A DNA stretch of 64,000 nt from a virus (IMGVR_UViG_3300029305_005547:32001-96000), one strand, 5' to 3'. Numbered from the stretch's first letter, positions 40,918-52,498 are shown. The notes: generated by a model not told the origin, from the sequence alone. Numbers and translations are program-made.

Positions 40918-43900
40918 ATGGCAGGTAAAGAAATAAAAGTTTCTAAAACCTATAAGACTAATAACGGAGTTAAGCTAAATGCGCAATGGCTTAAAAACGC
41001 TACTAGATCGTTAGGGTCTAACGCAGGAAGTGTCTTGCAAGAAATAAGTCCTAACATTTATGGGGTCGCTGAATCTGCCGCCCAAATCAAAAGAACGTTC
41101 ATGAGATCAAAAGTATCTCAGAATGCTGTATCACAGGCTATTGAATCTAATCGTTATATTAAAATGGGTAGAACCGCTATTGATAATGCGATTAAAGATT
41201 TAAAGTCAGGTAACTTTAATAATGATTCCAGATCATCGGGTGGAAATGATGAATCAACGAGTTATTCGTTTGGTGAAATCAACGATGCTGAAGCTGGATC
41301 AACTGGGCAGATTCAGGTCAATTTAAACCCTGAAGGTTTGACGTCCATTAATAACTCCATTACGAAACAAACGAAGTTTCAGATGCAGGCTGCAAAAGCC
41401 AATGTAGATGCTATCGTTGCTACATCTTCAGCAATGATGACTATGAATCAAAGAAATGCTGAAGCTTCTTTAAATATGCTTACAAACATCAATAATAGTT
41501 TGCAAGCTCTTATTAAATATAATAATGAAAATATGTCCAAGTTCATTGCGTCATCTATGACGTATTATGAAATGATGGGACAAGTACATGCTCCTGCTAA
41601 AAAACCTGGTGGTGTAAATAACAGGTTAACTGGAGCCGATGTAACTGATAAACGTGGTAATTTAAATACTGCAAATTTGGCAAAATTGATTAAGCAAAAT
41701 GCTAAAGAACGTTATGCTGAAACAATGCCTGGTCAGTTAACATCAATGCTTGATACTTTTGGAGAAGAGTTAGTAGCTAATCCTCTTAAATTAGTAACTA
41801 CAACTCTCATGAAAGAGATTATACCGAAGTCTGTAAAAGAAGCTACAAAGAATCTTGATAAGACATTTGGAAACTTTGTAACTGAACTTTTAATGAAATC
41901 TTCGGAAACATTGAAAGCATCATCTGGAGGAAAATTATCTGGATTAAAACAATTCTTAGGTTCTGTACTAGATATCAATGTAAAGAGACAAGAAAAGTTT
42001 AATACTGCAGGTAAAGTAACCACAGATGCTGCTGTTTTTGACGGAATAACGCGTAATGCTATTACGACTGAAATTCCTAAATACTTAAGAGAAAGCACTG
42101 CTTATTTAAGACAATTAGTAGCTTTAAATGGTGGTGATCCTGATAAAGCTCTTGCAGGTTCACAGATATTCAATAGAGAATCTGGTACTTTCCAAAGATA
42201 TGAGGATTTTACAAAAGAACTTTTAGGTTCTATAAATGAATCAGTAATTAGCAGTTTAGCTTCTAGTGATTTTGGAAAGACTATGTCTAAAGTAGCTAAC
42301 TCTGCTGTTGTTGGTGAACAAAGACAAGAAGCTTTTGAGGCATTACTTAAAAAGTTTTATATTGCTCTTGAAAAAGATGATCGTCAAAGAATTGATTTAA
42401 CTAGGCGTGGTGCTGGAAGTGACATTAATGCAATTATAGGGTCTCTTCAAGGAGATGCTGCTTTAAAACAGATTCTTGAAGAAGCTGTTTACATGTCATT
42501 TGGTCATGGAAAAGGTGGAATCAATTTAAATAGTGCAAGACTTAATGCTAAGTCTATGAGAAATAGACGTATACAAGAACTTGAAGAGAATAATCTTGGA
42601 GAGTTATCTGGTCTTACAAAACATGGTCAGACTATAGACGAAGCTATGGCTTCTGTTATTTATGGTTCAGACGGACATGCAACAAGAACTACTCCTTACA
42701 CTCCTACTTCATTACTTGGACGTGTTACAAGTATTTTTGATATCTTAGAAAGAGGTATCAATGTAAGAGTAACAGGAAAAACCCCTTATGGTAAATTTAA
42801 AGCTGGTGCAGTAAATCAAAATAATAATGCATCAGTTTCATCAAATCAAAGTTCTTCTAATGCATCTAGTTCAAGTTCTGGACTTATGGATGAAGCTGAA
42901 TTGCAAGCTCAGCTCGCTGGTGCGTTAGATGAACCTCAATCTTCTAATACTTCTGGTAGAAAAGGAAGTAAATTCTTCGTTAATAAAACAGAGCATCTTG
43001 GTAATATGATGCATTATATTTTACAGGGTGACCCTGCTAAAGTATATGCTGAAATGGGTGCATTGTTTGGAGAAGGTGTTACTGCATTAGGTCATTCTAT
43101 GAAGGATGCTGTTATCGCTCCTTTAAAAGAAACCTTATTTGGTGACAAAGATGCTTCTATTACAGGAAAGATTCATGACATGTTTTCTGGACTTAAAGAA
43201 GACATGGCTACATTCGTTCTTGGTCCAAAAGGAGAAGATGGAAAAAGAACAAAGACTACCAGTTCTGTAAAAGGTTTTCTCGAAGAGGGGCTTAAGAGCT
43301 GGAGTGAGACACTTTTTGGTGGTGAAAAATCTTTCGAAGACATTAAGAAAGATTTAAAAGACAATATAAAGAAAAATTCTGATGCTGGACTTAAAGGTGC
43401 AGTAGCAGGTGCTGGATTAGGTATCGCATCAGGTGGTTTACTTGGTACTTTAGTAGGTGGACCTTTGACAGGTGCATTACTTGGTACTGCGACAGCAATT
43501 TTCACTAAATCAGAAGGTTTCCAAAAACTCATGTTTGGTGATCAACATGAAGAACTTGAAGGAAAAGATGGTAAAAAATATGATGTTCGTAAGGGCGGAT
43601 TAATTTCACCTCAAATCCAGAAATTCTTCAAAGAACACAAACATGATATGATTGGTTCTGCTGGCATTGGTGCTATTGGTGGTGCTTTTACTGGTGGTGG
43701 ATTACTTGGTACATTAGTAGGTGGTCCTGTTGCAGGTGCATTACTTGGTACTGCTGTAGGTATTGCTAAAAATTCCGATACCTTCAAAAACTTAATCTTT
43801 GGTAAAGAAGTTGGAGAAGGTGATAATAAGAAAAGAATTGGTGGTATTTTAGGTGCTTTTAACAGAGCATTTGAAGACGCTAATCCTAAGGACAAAACTA

Positions 43901-46900
43901 AAGCTAATGCTAAAAGTATGGCTGCACGTGGAACAGTAGGTGCTGGTGCTGGTTTGCTCATGAGCATGTTTACACCTCTTGGACCTATTGGTGGAGCTGC
44001 GTTAGGTTTAGCAACATCAATGGTATCGTCAAAAGATAGATTCCATGAGTTATTGTTTGGTCCTAAAAATAAAGAAGGAAAAACAAATGAAGGACTTCTT
44101 ACACGGTTAAGTGCGAGAATTTCTAAAACCGTTGTTGCTCCATTAGCAGGTATTGCATCAGATGCATTATATGATGTAAAAGATGCTATACTTGATAAAG
44201 TAATTGATCCTATAGCTAATTTAGCAGAACCTATTGCTGGATTAACTAGAAGAATTTATGATAGAATGGAAGAAAAAATTACAGGTGCGTTTGATACATT
44301 AAAGAATGCATTTGGAAAAGTTACTGGTGGTATAGGTAAGTTCTTCCAGAAAATGGTAATGAAAATTTTTAATCGTAAACGTAAAGATGAAAAAGGTGAT
44401 AAGAGTGATAAGCAAGGAATCTTTGGTAAAATAAGTGACTTTGCTCGTAGATCAAATGCCAAGGCATCAAGAAAAAAATGGTATGATGAATCATATCGTA
44501 CTACTCAGGATTTCAAAGATCGTTATGAAAAAATGAACGAGAAATGGAATTCTCTTTCTGATGAACAAAAATCCAAGTATGGTGATATTGATAGTTTCGA
44601 ACTCGAATGGGCTGAAAATATTTTCTATAATGGTGGAGATGGGCGAAAAGATCGTTTAGATGCTAGACAGGCAAGACGTGCTGAACGTTTATCATCTAGA
44701 CAAGAGCGTAGAGATAAACTTAATCGTGAAGCTCTTATTGCAGAACTTACAAAGGGCAAATATTCTAATAGTTCTAAAGAAGCTATGGCTGAGGCGTTAG
44801 AAGCTTATAAGAAAACTAGAGGATATAGACGTGGTAAAGGCATGAACGGTATTTCTCATGACGATGTACAACGTTTATTGACGACTGGTGGTGAAATTGG
44901 TGATGCTGAACGTACATCAGAAGTTATAACCCAACAGCTTGATGTTGAAAGAGAGCAATTAGATAAATTAACAGATCAATTAACTTTACTTGAAAGAATT
45001 GAAGTAGGTATATCTGATTTAGTTAGCAGAGGGTCCGATGGAGTTAAATCTATGGTATCTTATGTGAGACAAAATCACAACTCTAGACGAATTGAACGAC
45101 GTTCTGCACAGTATGAGCAATCTGCATTTATGGCAGACCTCACATCTGATGCTAACATGGAAGTTGCTTCAGATCATCGTGCTAGTGGATATAATGAATA
45201 TACTGGTTTTAAAATTCCTAAGGAAACTTTAAAACGCTTAAAGAGTGTTGCGAATAATCCTCAAAATCCTATGCAATCTTTAGCTATTGATGCTCTTGAT
45301 ACTACTCTTAATGATAGTGATAGAAAGAAAGCTTATGAAAAGATTTTAAAAGCATGGGAAAATAAAAAGAATGCTAGAAAGAATAACAGAATGCAACATA
45401 GACAAAATGTTGCTGATGCTAAAAATTCTAGAAGAAATATACGTCATCTTGAATCAGAAAGCAGAGATGCTCATACAAATGAAACATTATCCAGATTACG
45501 TGAAATGACTGGTGGTCGTGGATATGCAGATGGTACTGATAATGCTAAAGAAGGTGACGCTGTTGTTGGTGAGAACGGACCTGAAATCGTAAGATTTGGT
45601 GGTGGTGAAAAAGTTCTTTCTAATAACGATATGATTAAAGTAAAGATTGTAGATGTTGACACATCTGCAGCTAAAAAACTTAATGACACCGGTACTCAGG
45701 ATGTTAATATCGTTGGTCAGACTGGTGTTCTTACAACTTATGGTACTTCTGCAAGATTAGACCATAATACTGATAATAAGTCTGCTATCCAAAAAGCACT
45801 TTCTAAGAAAGATACACTTGTAAGTTATGATCAAATCAAAGCTGACAATAATGATCTTGCTGAAGAAGGTGAAGGTGGTAGCACTCATACTGAAAAATCT
45901 AGTACATGGGAAAAGATTAAAGAAACCGTAGGTGGTTTAGGAAATATTTTACTTGGTGGTGGTGCAATAGCTGCACTAGTAAAACTACTAGGAAATGAAA
46001 ATGTTCAGGAAATTCTTAAAGGAATCATTAGTGCTTTTGGTGGTTCTGCTGAAACTATGGCTAGTGTTGCTAAAAATGATGGATACGAAGGTGGTGCTAA
46101 TGCAGTCACTAACGTAAAAAATCAGTTTAGTAGATGGGGTTCTATTTTATCTGATCCTAAGAAGTTCTTACTTGGTGAAGATGGTGAATGGGATAGTCAA
46201 TCTACGGCAATAGCAAGAACTGGACGTGTTGGACTTAGTAGATTACTTAACGGTAAATCTGGAAAGAGAAAGAATGGATTAGTTAATGCATTACTTCATC
46301 CTGTACAGACAGTAAAGACAGCTATAAGGCATCCATTCAAAACATTAGGTAATATCGGAACTGGAGTTAAAAACTTTGGTAAAAATGCATTAAACGCAGG
46401 TAAAGGACTTGTTAATTTTATTAAGAGTCCTACAAAGTTAGATGATCTTAAAAACCTTGGAAAATCTTTAATCAAAAAGACTGACGCTTCAAAGCAGTTT
46501 ACTATGATAAAAGATTTAGCAACCAATTTTATACATGGTGAAAAAGGTGCAAAGTTATCTGGCGCATATAACATCGTTCACGATGCAGTTGATGGTATAA
46601 ATCCTAATAAAAGAGGTTTATCTGGTTGGTTGACAAAAACATCTGATAAACTTATGAATTATGCAATGGAACATGGTGATGCTAAAACCCAGTCACTTGT
46701 TGCAAAACTTACAGGTCATTCAGTTGATGAAATGGCACCAGCTCTTGCTAATAAAGCTATGAAAGAAGCAGGTGAAGAAGCGACTGAAAAAGCTGCAAAA
46801 ACAGCAACTAAAAAAGCTGGTAAGAAAGGATTCCTAGCTTCTGCAAAAGAATTTGTTCAGAAAGTTTCTAAATTTGGTGCTGGTAAAGTAGCGAATGAAG

Positions 46901-49900
46901 GAGCTGAAAACCTTGCTGAAAATGCTCTCGAGAAAACAGCAAAAACTGCTATTAAAGAAGTAGGTCAGAAAGTTGTAAAAGAAACTGCTGAAGATGCCGC
47001 TTCTAAGAGTATTATTGCTGCAGCTAAAAAAGGTATTCTTGAAGCCATTGAGAAAGTTGCTTCCACTATTATGGAAAAAGGTGGGAAAAAACTTGCTGGT
47101 AAGTTAAGTACAACTGGTGTTAAAAAAGTAATCACTGAAGTTTTTGAAAAGATTTCAAAAGGTCTTGTCGGAAAAATGGGTAAATGGATTGCTAAGAAAT
47201 TAGCAGCCGTTGCTGCACGTTTAGGTATATCTTTAGGTGTAACAGCAACTGGTGTTGGTGCAATCGCTACTGTAGTTGCAAATGGTGCATTCCTTGTATT
47301 AGGAGCAATTAACTCTGCTGGCAAGGGCGGTACAGCTCGTATGTTTAGATGTAAACAAGCAGATGTTGATTGGAAGATGCAAATTATTTCAGCAGCTATT
47401 GGTGGTTTGGTTGAAACTGATATAGGTTGTGTTGTTGACGTCGCAAACGAGATTTACTGTGCACTTACTGGTGATGATTTCATTACCCGTATTGCTACTG
47501 CATTTTATAATGCAATTTCTGGTAAAGAAGATGAAGAAGCATTAAAAGCATCTCAGACTCAGTTAATTAATGATTGGGAAGCTTATAAGGAAAACTTCCT
47601 TCAGACTGAATGGAAAACATTCTGTGAAGAAAACCCTGATTTAGCAATGGATTTCGAAACCTATAAGCAGAAAGTTGCTAATGGGGAACTTGAATCTGAT
47701 GTAATGGGTCTTGCAGAATATAATGATGATCAAAATAAAACCGTTGGTGCCAAAATTGCTGATGGTGCAAAAGATGCTTGGAATTGGACAAAAGATACTG
47801 CTAAAAAAGGTTGGGATGCAACCGTATCCGGAGCTAAGAAAGCAGGTAACTGGATAGCTGATACAGCATCTAGTGGATGGAACGCTGTTAAAAGCGGATG
47901 GAACTCTCTTTGGGGAGGAAAAGGTGGTAAAGGCGGATCTGGTGCTGCAGTACCTTTCTATTCACAAAAAGATCCGAGATGGGCTGGAATGCAATATACC
48001 AGAGGTGGTTCTGGGGAATCTATGAGTGAAATTGGATGTGGTCCTACTGCATTTGCAATGGCTGCATCTGGTGCTACTGGTAGAAATATTGATCCTGTTC
48101 AAGCCGCTGGTGCAATGCAAAGAGTTGGAGCAAGAGACAATACAGGAACTAACTGGGGTGGTATTGGTGCCGCAGCAGATATGTATGGTATCGAAACTCG
48201 TATGCAACAGAATCCTTCTGGAGCATTTATTGACTCTGAACTTAACGCAGGTAATCCTGTAGTTTTATCTGGTAGATCTGGTGGATATGGAACTCCATAT
48301 ACTCCACAAGGACATTATGTCGTTGCTACTGGAAAAGACAACGATGGAAATTATATCGTTAATGATCCTAACCGTTTAGGTGGATCTAGAAAATTCAAAA
48401 AAGCTGATATGCTTGCTGAAACTGGAGCTGCTTGGGGCTTTGGAGGAAAAGGTCATAATGGTATGCCATCAGATGTAGAACAACGTTTATATGGTAATAC
48501 TACATCTGGTTCTGTAACTAGTATGACTTCTGGTTATAACGGAATGCCTTCAGATGTACAAGCTAAGCAAGTAGCACAGAATAATGCTAAAAATGAGGAA
48601 AAGAAGCAAGAAGCAAGAGCAAAATGGCTTAATATAGTACGTGCTGTAAAGAAAGCATTAGCTGATCTTCACGTAGGATATTCGCAGTCAAGATGGGTTA
48701 CTGTTACTTTAGGTGGAAAACCATTAAGTGTAAGAACCGACTGTTCTGGTTACGTTACAGCATGTCTTAAATTCTTTGGAGTAATAGATGACAAGGCAAA
48801 CCTTGTATCTAATAATTACGCAAACCCTAATACCCAAGCATTATTAAAGGCTGGGTTTAGTTCACATCCTTTCACTTCTTGGGATTTACTTGAAGAAGGT
48901 GATATTATTGGTGTGAATGGTCACGTTGAAATCTTTGCATATAACAAAGATGGAAAACATTACGTTTATAACTGTGGTAGTGACAAGAGTTGTAACAGCC
49001 CAATTCCTACAGTTACAGGGCATAAAACGTATACTACATACTGGACTCCAGGAGAACCTGGATCAGGTATTGCGGATGCAAGTTCTGTATCAAGTAGTGC
49101 AGATGGCTCTACAACAGGTGATGCTACAACTTCAAGTTCTTCTGGAATGGATTTCTTTTCTAAGATTACTTCATTCTTCTCTGAACTTGGATCAAGAGCT
49201 GTATCCGGATTTACTACAGGAAAATGGAATAAAGATTGGTCTGGTGTATTTGGTGACAGTTCATCTAGTACTGCATATTCAGGTAGTACTATTAGTTCTA
49301 CTGGTGAGGTTGTAGCTGATACATCTGTAAAAGGATCAACTTCCGCTGAAAGAATTTGGAATCTGCTTAAACAGCAAGGTATGACAAATGCCGGTATTGC
49401 TGGTGTTCTTGGAAACCTTCATGCAGAATCTGGATTACGTACAAACAATGTTCAGAATAGCTATGAAAGTAAAGTAGGTTCTGATACAGAATATACCGCT
49501 AAGGTTGATAATGGTTCATATAATAATTTTGCACATGACTCTGCAGGTTATGGTCTTGCACAATGGACGTATCACAGTAGAAAGCAAGCTCTTTTAGATC
49601 TTGCTAGAAGCAGAGGTAAATCTATTGCAGATGAATCTGTTCAAACAAGTCATTTGCTTAATGAACTTAGTAAATATCCTGACCTTGTAAATACTCTGAA
49701 AACAACAAGTAGTGTCTCTGATGCGACAAGTAAGTTTATGCTTGATTATGAAAGACCTGCTGATCAGAGTCAGTCTGCACAAAATAAACGTGCAGGTTAT
49801 GCACAAGCGTATTATGATCAATATGCTCATAAATCAGCTACAACATCTGGTTCTGTAACCAGTATGACTACTGGATATAACGGAATGCCTTCAGATGTAC

Positions 49901-50274
49901 AAGCTAAAATGTATGGAAGTGGTGGTGCTGGTGCTGGTGGTAGAGGAGTTTCTTCTACAGGAATTATTAAACCACATATGACATCTGCTCCTGTTAGTGG
50001 AAAGAATATGCCTACAAATAGTAGTGATGTAAGTTCTGTAATTCATTACTTATCTCAGATACTTGCAGTGCTTGATCAGTCTTCAGATAAGCTTGACGCT
50101 CTGAATTACTTAAAAAGTCTCGCAAATTCTGGGGGAAATGTAGTGACTAACAACAACATTTACTCTCAAACTAACAATAATGGAGTAAGGGCTGGACAAC
50201 AGCAAATGACTGCTTCTAAAACAGATCCAAATAAATTCTCAACTGCTCAGAAAATAGCTAGTGGCGGTTTGTAA
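40918..50274 (+). CDS. tape measure / tail-associated protein with C39-like peptidase, NlpC/P60(CHAP)-like and phage tail lysozyme domains
   Basis: start moved to MAGKE (AAAGGAAG SD; promoter 40877-40889); Gly/Ala TM-like repeats; GYADGT..VVGENGPE; FYSQKDPRW..GCGPT..GHYVV; TDCSGYV..GHVEI; GVLGNLHAES..GYGLAQWT. Confidence 0.85.
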   Translation: MAGKEIKVSKTYKTNNGVKLNAQWLKNATRSLGSNAGSVLQEISPNIYGVAESAAQIKRTFMRSKVSQNAVSQAIESNRYIKMGRTAIDNAIKDLKSGNFNNDSRSSGGNDESTSYSFGEINDAEAGSTGQIQVNLNPEGLTSINNSITKQTKFQMQAAKANVDAIVATSSAMMTMNQRNAEASLNMLTNINNSLQALIKYNNENMSKFIASSMTYYEMMGQVHAPAKKPGGVNNRLTGADVTDKRGNLNTANLAKLIKQNAKERYAETMPGQLTSMLDTFGEELVANPLKLVTTTLMKEIIPKSVKEATKNLDKTFGNFVTELLMKSSETLKASSGGKLSGLKQFLGSVLDINVKRQEKFNTAGKVTTDAAVFDGITRNAITTEIPKYLRESTAYLRQLVALNGGDPDKALAGSQIFNRESGTFQRYEDFTKELLGSINESVISSLASSDFGKTMSKVANSAVVGEQRQEAFEALLKKFYIALEKDDRQRIDLTRRGAGSDINAIIGSLQGDAALKQILEEAVYMSFGHGKGGINLNSARLNAKSMRNRRIQELEENNLGELSGLTKHGQTIDEAMASVIYGSDGHATRTTPYTPTSLLGRVTSIFDILERGINVRVTGKTPYGKFKAGAVNQNNNASVSSNQSSSNASSSSSGLMDEAELQAQLAGALDEPQSSNTSGRKGSKFFVNKTEHLGNMMHYILQGDPAKVYAEMGALFGEGVTALGHSMKDAVIAPLKETLFGDKDASITGKIHDMFSGLKEDMATFVLGPKGEDGKRTKTTSSVKGFLEEGLKSWSETLFGGEKSFEDIKKDLKDNIKKNSDAGLKGAVAGAGLGIASGGLLGTLVGGPLTGALLGTATAIFTKSEGFQKLMFGDQHEELEGKDGKKYDVRKGGLISPQIQKFFKEHKHDMIGSAGIGAIGGAFTGGGLLGTLVGGPVAGALLGTAVGIAKNSDTFKNLIFGKEVGEGDNKKRIGGILGAFNRAFEDANPKDKTKANAKSMAARGTVGAGAGLLMSMFTPLGPIGGAALGLATSMVSSKDRFHELLFGPKNKEGKTNEGLLTRLSARISKTVVAPLAGIASDALYDVKDAILDKVIDPIANLAEPIAGLTRRIYDRMEEKITGAFDTLKNAFGKVTGGIGKFFQKMVMKIFNRKRKDEKGDKSDKQGIFGKISDFARRSNAKASRKKWYDESYRTTQDFKDRYEKMNEKWNSLSDEQKSKYGDIDSFELEWAENIFYNGGDGRKDRLDARQARRAERLSSRQERRDKLNREALIAELTKGKYSNSSKEAMAEALEAYKKTRGYRRGKGMNGISHDDVQRLLTTGGEIGDAERTSEVITQQLDVEREQLDKLTDQLTLLERIEVGISDLVSRGSDGVKSMVSYVRQNHNSRRIERRSAQYEQSAFMADLTSDANMEVASDHRASGYNEYTGFKIPKETLKRLKSVANNPQNPMQSLAIDALDTTLNDSDRKKAYEKILKAWENKKNARKNNRMQHRQNVADAKNSRRNIRHLESESRDAHTNETLSRLREMTGGRGYADGTDNAKEGDAVVGENGPEIVRFGGGEKVLSNNDMIKVKIVDVDTSAAKKLNDTGTQDVNIVGQTGVLTTYGTSARLDHNTDNKSAIQKALSKKDTLVSYDQIKADNNDLAEEGEGGSTHTEKSSTWEKIKETVGGLGNILLGGGAIAALVKLLGNENVQEILKGIISAFGGSAETMASVAKNDGYEGGANAVTNVKNQFSRWGSILSDPKKFLLGEDGEWDSQSTAIARTGRVGLSRLLNGKSGKRKNGLVNALLHPVQTVKTAIRHPFKTLGNIGTGVKNFGKNALNAGKGLVNFIKSPTKLDDLKNLGKSLIKKTDASKQFTMIKDLATNFIHGEKGAKLSGAYNIVHDAVDGINPNKRGLSGWLTKTSDKLMNYAMEHGDAKTQSLVAKLTGHSVDEMAPALANKAMKEAGEEATEKAAKTATKKAGKKGFLASAKEFVQKVSKFGAGKVANEGAENLAENALEKTAKTAIKEVGQKVVKETAEDAASKSIIAAAKKGILEAIEKVASTIMEKGGKKLAGKLSTTGVKKVITEVFEKISKGLVGKMGKWIAKKLAAVAARLGISLGVTATGVGAIATVVANGAFLVLGAINSAGKGGTARMFRCKQADVDWKMQIISAAIGGLVETDIGCVVDVANEIYCALTGDDFITRIATAFYNAISGKEDEEALKASQTQLINDWEAYKENFLQTEWKTFCEENPDLAMDFETYKQKVANGELESDVMGLAEYNDDQNKTVGAKIADGAKDAWNWTKDTAKKGWDATVSGAKKAGNWIADTASSGWNAVKSGWNSLWGGKGGKGGSGAAVPFYSQKDPRWAGMQYTRGGSGESMSEIGCGPTAFAMAASGATGRNIDPVQAAGAMQRVGARDNTGTNWGGIGAAADMYGIETRMQQNPSGAFIDSELNAGNPVVLSGRSGGYGTPYTPQGHYVVATGKDNDGNYIVNDPNRLGGSRKFKKADMLAETGAAWGFGGKGHNGMPSDVEQRLYGNTTSGSVTSMTSGYNGMPSDVQAKQVAQNNAKNEEKKQEARAKWLNIVRAVKKALADLHVGYSQSRWVTVTLGGKPLSVRTDCSGYVTACLKFFGVIDDKANLVSNNYANPNTQALLKAGFSSHPFTSWDLLEEGDIIGVNGHVEIFAYNKDGKHYVYNCGSDKSCNSPIPTVTGHKTYTTYWTPGEPGSGIADASSVSSSADGSTTGDATTSSSSGMDFFSKITSFFSELGSRAVSGFTTGKWNKDWSGVFGDSSSSTAYSGSTISSTGEVVADTSVKGSTSAERIWNLLKQQGMTNAGIAGVLGNLHAESGLRTNNVQNSYESKVGSDTEYTAKVDNGSYNNFAHDSAGYGLAQWTYHSRKQALLDLARSRGKSIADESVQTSHLLNELSKYPDLVNTLKTTSSVSDATSKFMLDYERPADQSQSAQNKRAGYAQAYYDQYAHKSATTSGSVTSMTTGYNGMPSDVQAKMYGSGGAGAGGRGVSSTGIIKPHMTSAPVSGKNMPTNSSDVSSVIHYLSQILAVLDQSSDKLDALNYLKSLANSGGNVVTNNNIYSQTNNNGVRAGQQQMTASKTDPNKFSTAQKIASGGL
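48502..49907 (+). repeat. 65-bp direct repeat pair within the tape measure gene (48502-48566, 49843-49907)
   Basis: 62/65 identical; encodes TSGSVTSMT(S/T)GYNGMPSDVQAK. Confidence 0.85.
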
Positions 50275-50347
50275 ATATTACGAAAACAAGTTCATAAGAG
50301 GGTTTTAATTAACTCTCTTATGAACTTTTTTGTTAGAGGTGATAAAT

Positions 50348-51877
50348 ATGCCAGAATATACAGGTAGGTCATCATCTAGTACATTATCGACAGGTAATTC
50401 ATCCAATAGAAATTCTGCAAAATGTTCTAATAGTATGCGATTATTTGGTTTACCTTATCAATTTATAGATACAGTGGATCCTAGGATGGATGACGTTTCA
50501 GGAATTATCGGAAAGAACTTTATAGAAAAAGTTATAACTGATGCTCCTACAGTCATGCTTATTCCTGGAAAAGCTAAATTTCTTCCGGGTAATACCAATA
50601 AACAAGGAACGTCGCATGCATTACTTGAAGCAGCTAACGGAAATATTGGTCCTTTAATTACTGGAATGAGTGGTGATGTAGATGATGTTTTACGTTATTA
50701 TGATTTTGAAGAAGACTATACGACATATATGAAATATGTAAATAGTATGTGTCGTACAGTAGCCGTATTTTTAGAATTAAAAGAACAAATAAACGGTCAA
50801 TCTCTCCAATCATTTGACTGGAGAGACTATAGATGGAATGCTGATAAATACCATAGTGGTGCATTATCACTTGGTTCTTATGCGTGGAATTCATTTTTGA
50901 ATACACTGCAACATGGTGGTGGAGCATTTTTTAACTCTCTTATGGGAAATACTGTTGATATGAGAATCGATGATACTCATGTTGATCCAAATGAAAATAA
51001 TTCTACTAAAATTCAAGGAACATCAAATTTTGTTCAGTTTTATGTAGATCCTAGTTCTGGATCATCACAGTCATTAGCAAATTCAACATCGGCATCTCAA
51101 ATTAAATCTGCAATGGATACTGCATCATCGGCAATGAAAGAGTTTCAATTTGTTGCCAATTCTGCTGGTATTGGAATGGAAGGATTAAATGAACTCACAG
51201 ACAGTGGTTTAGATGCCCTTGCAGAAAGTCTCGGTGGAGGAAACGGTCAATTTAGTACTGTAATGAATCAGTTACTTAGTGCAGGTAAAAGTGTAATCAA
51301 AGGTGAAAATATTATTCTTCCTGAAGTCTATCAAGGATCTGATTATGGAATAGACTATACAATTGATATTCACCTTAGATCACCTTATGGAAATAAATAT
51401 TCTATTTTTATAGATGTATTAGTTCCATTATTACATTTAATTGCATTATGTATGCCAAAGCAAAGTACATCAAATACGTATGGTTCACCGTTTTTAATTA
51501 AAGCATATTATCCTGGAGTATTTAATTGTAATTTGGGAATCGTAGAATCTCTTCAAATTACTAAACCTTCATCAGAAGATGCTTATTCGATTGATGGACT
51601 TCCAATGGAAGTTGATGTACAGCTTAGAATAAAAGACTTATATTCAGATCTTTCAATGTCTCCATCGAATGAAGTTGAATTATTCAGAAATAATACATCA
51701 TTGATTGATTATCTTGCTACATTATCTGGACTGGATCTTATAGCTCCTATGACAGATTTGAAGACAACAATGATGATTACAACATATGCAGCTGGTTTAA
51801 GAGATATTGGAGATAATGCTGCATCTATTATTTATGATAAAATCGAAAAGACATTTATCGGTTTTACTACTTTATAA
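50348..51877 (+). CDS. putative baseplate/tail structural protein
   Basis: start moved to MPEYT (GAGGTG SD); late promoter 50285-50297; follows the tape measure gene. Confidence 0.6.
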   Translation: MPEYTGRSSSSTLSTGNSSNRNSAKCSNSMRLFGLPYQFIDTVDPRMDDVSGIIGKNFIEKVITDAPTVMLIPGKAKFLPGNTNKQGTSHALLEAANGNIGPLITGMSGDVDDVLRYYDFEEDYTTYMKYVNSMCRTVAVFLELKEQINGQSLQSFDWRDYRWNADKYHSGALSLGSYAWNSFLNTLQHGGGAFFNSLMGNTVDMRIDDTHVDPNENNSTKIQGTSNFVQFYVDPSSGSSQSLANSTSASQIKSAMDTASSAMKEFQFVANSAGIGMEGLNELTDSGLDALAESLGGGNGQFSTVMNQLLSAGKSVIKGENIILPEVYQGSDYGIDYTIDIHLRSPYGNKYSIFIDVLVPLLHLIALCMPKQSTSNTYGSPFLIKAYYPGVFNCNLGIVESLQITKPSSEDAYSIDGLPMEVDVQLRIKDLYSDLSMSPSNEVELFRNNTSLIDYLATLSGLDLIAPMTDLKTTMMITTYAAGLRDIGDNAASIIYDKIEKTFIGFTTL

Positions 51878-51895
51878 TTAAAAGGAAAACTAAAC

Positions 51896-52498
51896 ATGAA
51901 ACTTGAAAAAGAATATAAACAAGAATTTGGGAATGTTCCTAGAAGAAGTGTGGAACGAATAACTGAATTTTTGGATACACACAAACTATCAAGATACAAA
52001 GTTAGTGTGTTTGATGAAATGAAAAGAATAAATAATATAGAATGGGAGAAGGAATCTTTCATAATATATTTATTACCAAAAGCTACACCTAGACCAAGAT
52101 CCACATCAAATGGTTCTTTTTTCTATGTCAAAGGTGCTAAAGACAATAAAATATTTTTTAGAAAAGAAGTTGATAAAATGGATCTTCCGTTCATAACAAC
52201 TCCTTGTAAATTTACTTGTGTTTCGTATATGCCTATTCCTAAGTCTATGAAACCTATTGAACAACTTTTAGCAGAATATGGTTTTATTAGACCTATAAGT
52301 AAACCAGATTTCGACAATCTAGTAAAGACATATACAGATATGATACAAGATGTCATATTGTATGACGATTCATTGATAGTTGAAGGAACATCAATGAAAT
52401 ATTACTCTTGGAAACCCAGAATCGAATTTACTATTGAGTATATGGTAGACCACGATTCGGTTTTTAATAAACAAAAAATAAATAGAAAGGATAAATAA
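51896..52498 (+). CDS. RusA-like Holliday junction resolvase
   Basis: PKATPRPR ... KPDFDNLVK ... DDSLIV ... KYY...PRIE. Confidence 0.8.
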   Translation: MKLEKEYKQEFGNVPRRSVERITEFLDTHKLSRYKVSVFDEMKRINNIEWEKESFIIYLLPKATPRPRSTSNGSFFYVKGAKDNKIFFRKEVDKMDLPFITTPCKFTCVSYMPIPKSMKPIEQLLAEYGFIRPISKPDFDNLVKTYTDMIQDVILYDDSLIVEGTSMKYYSWKPRIEFTIEYMVDHDSVFNKQKINRKDK

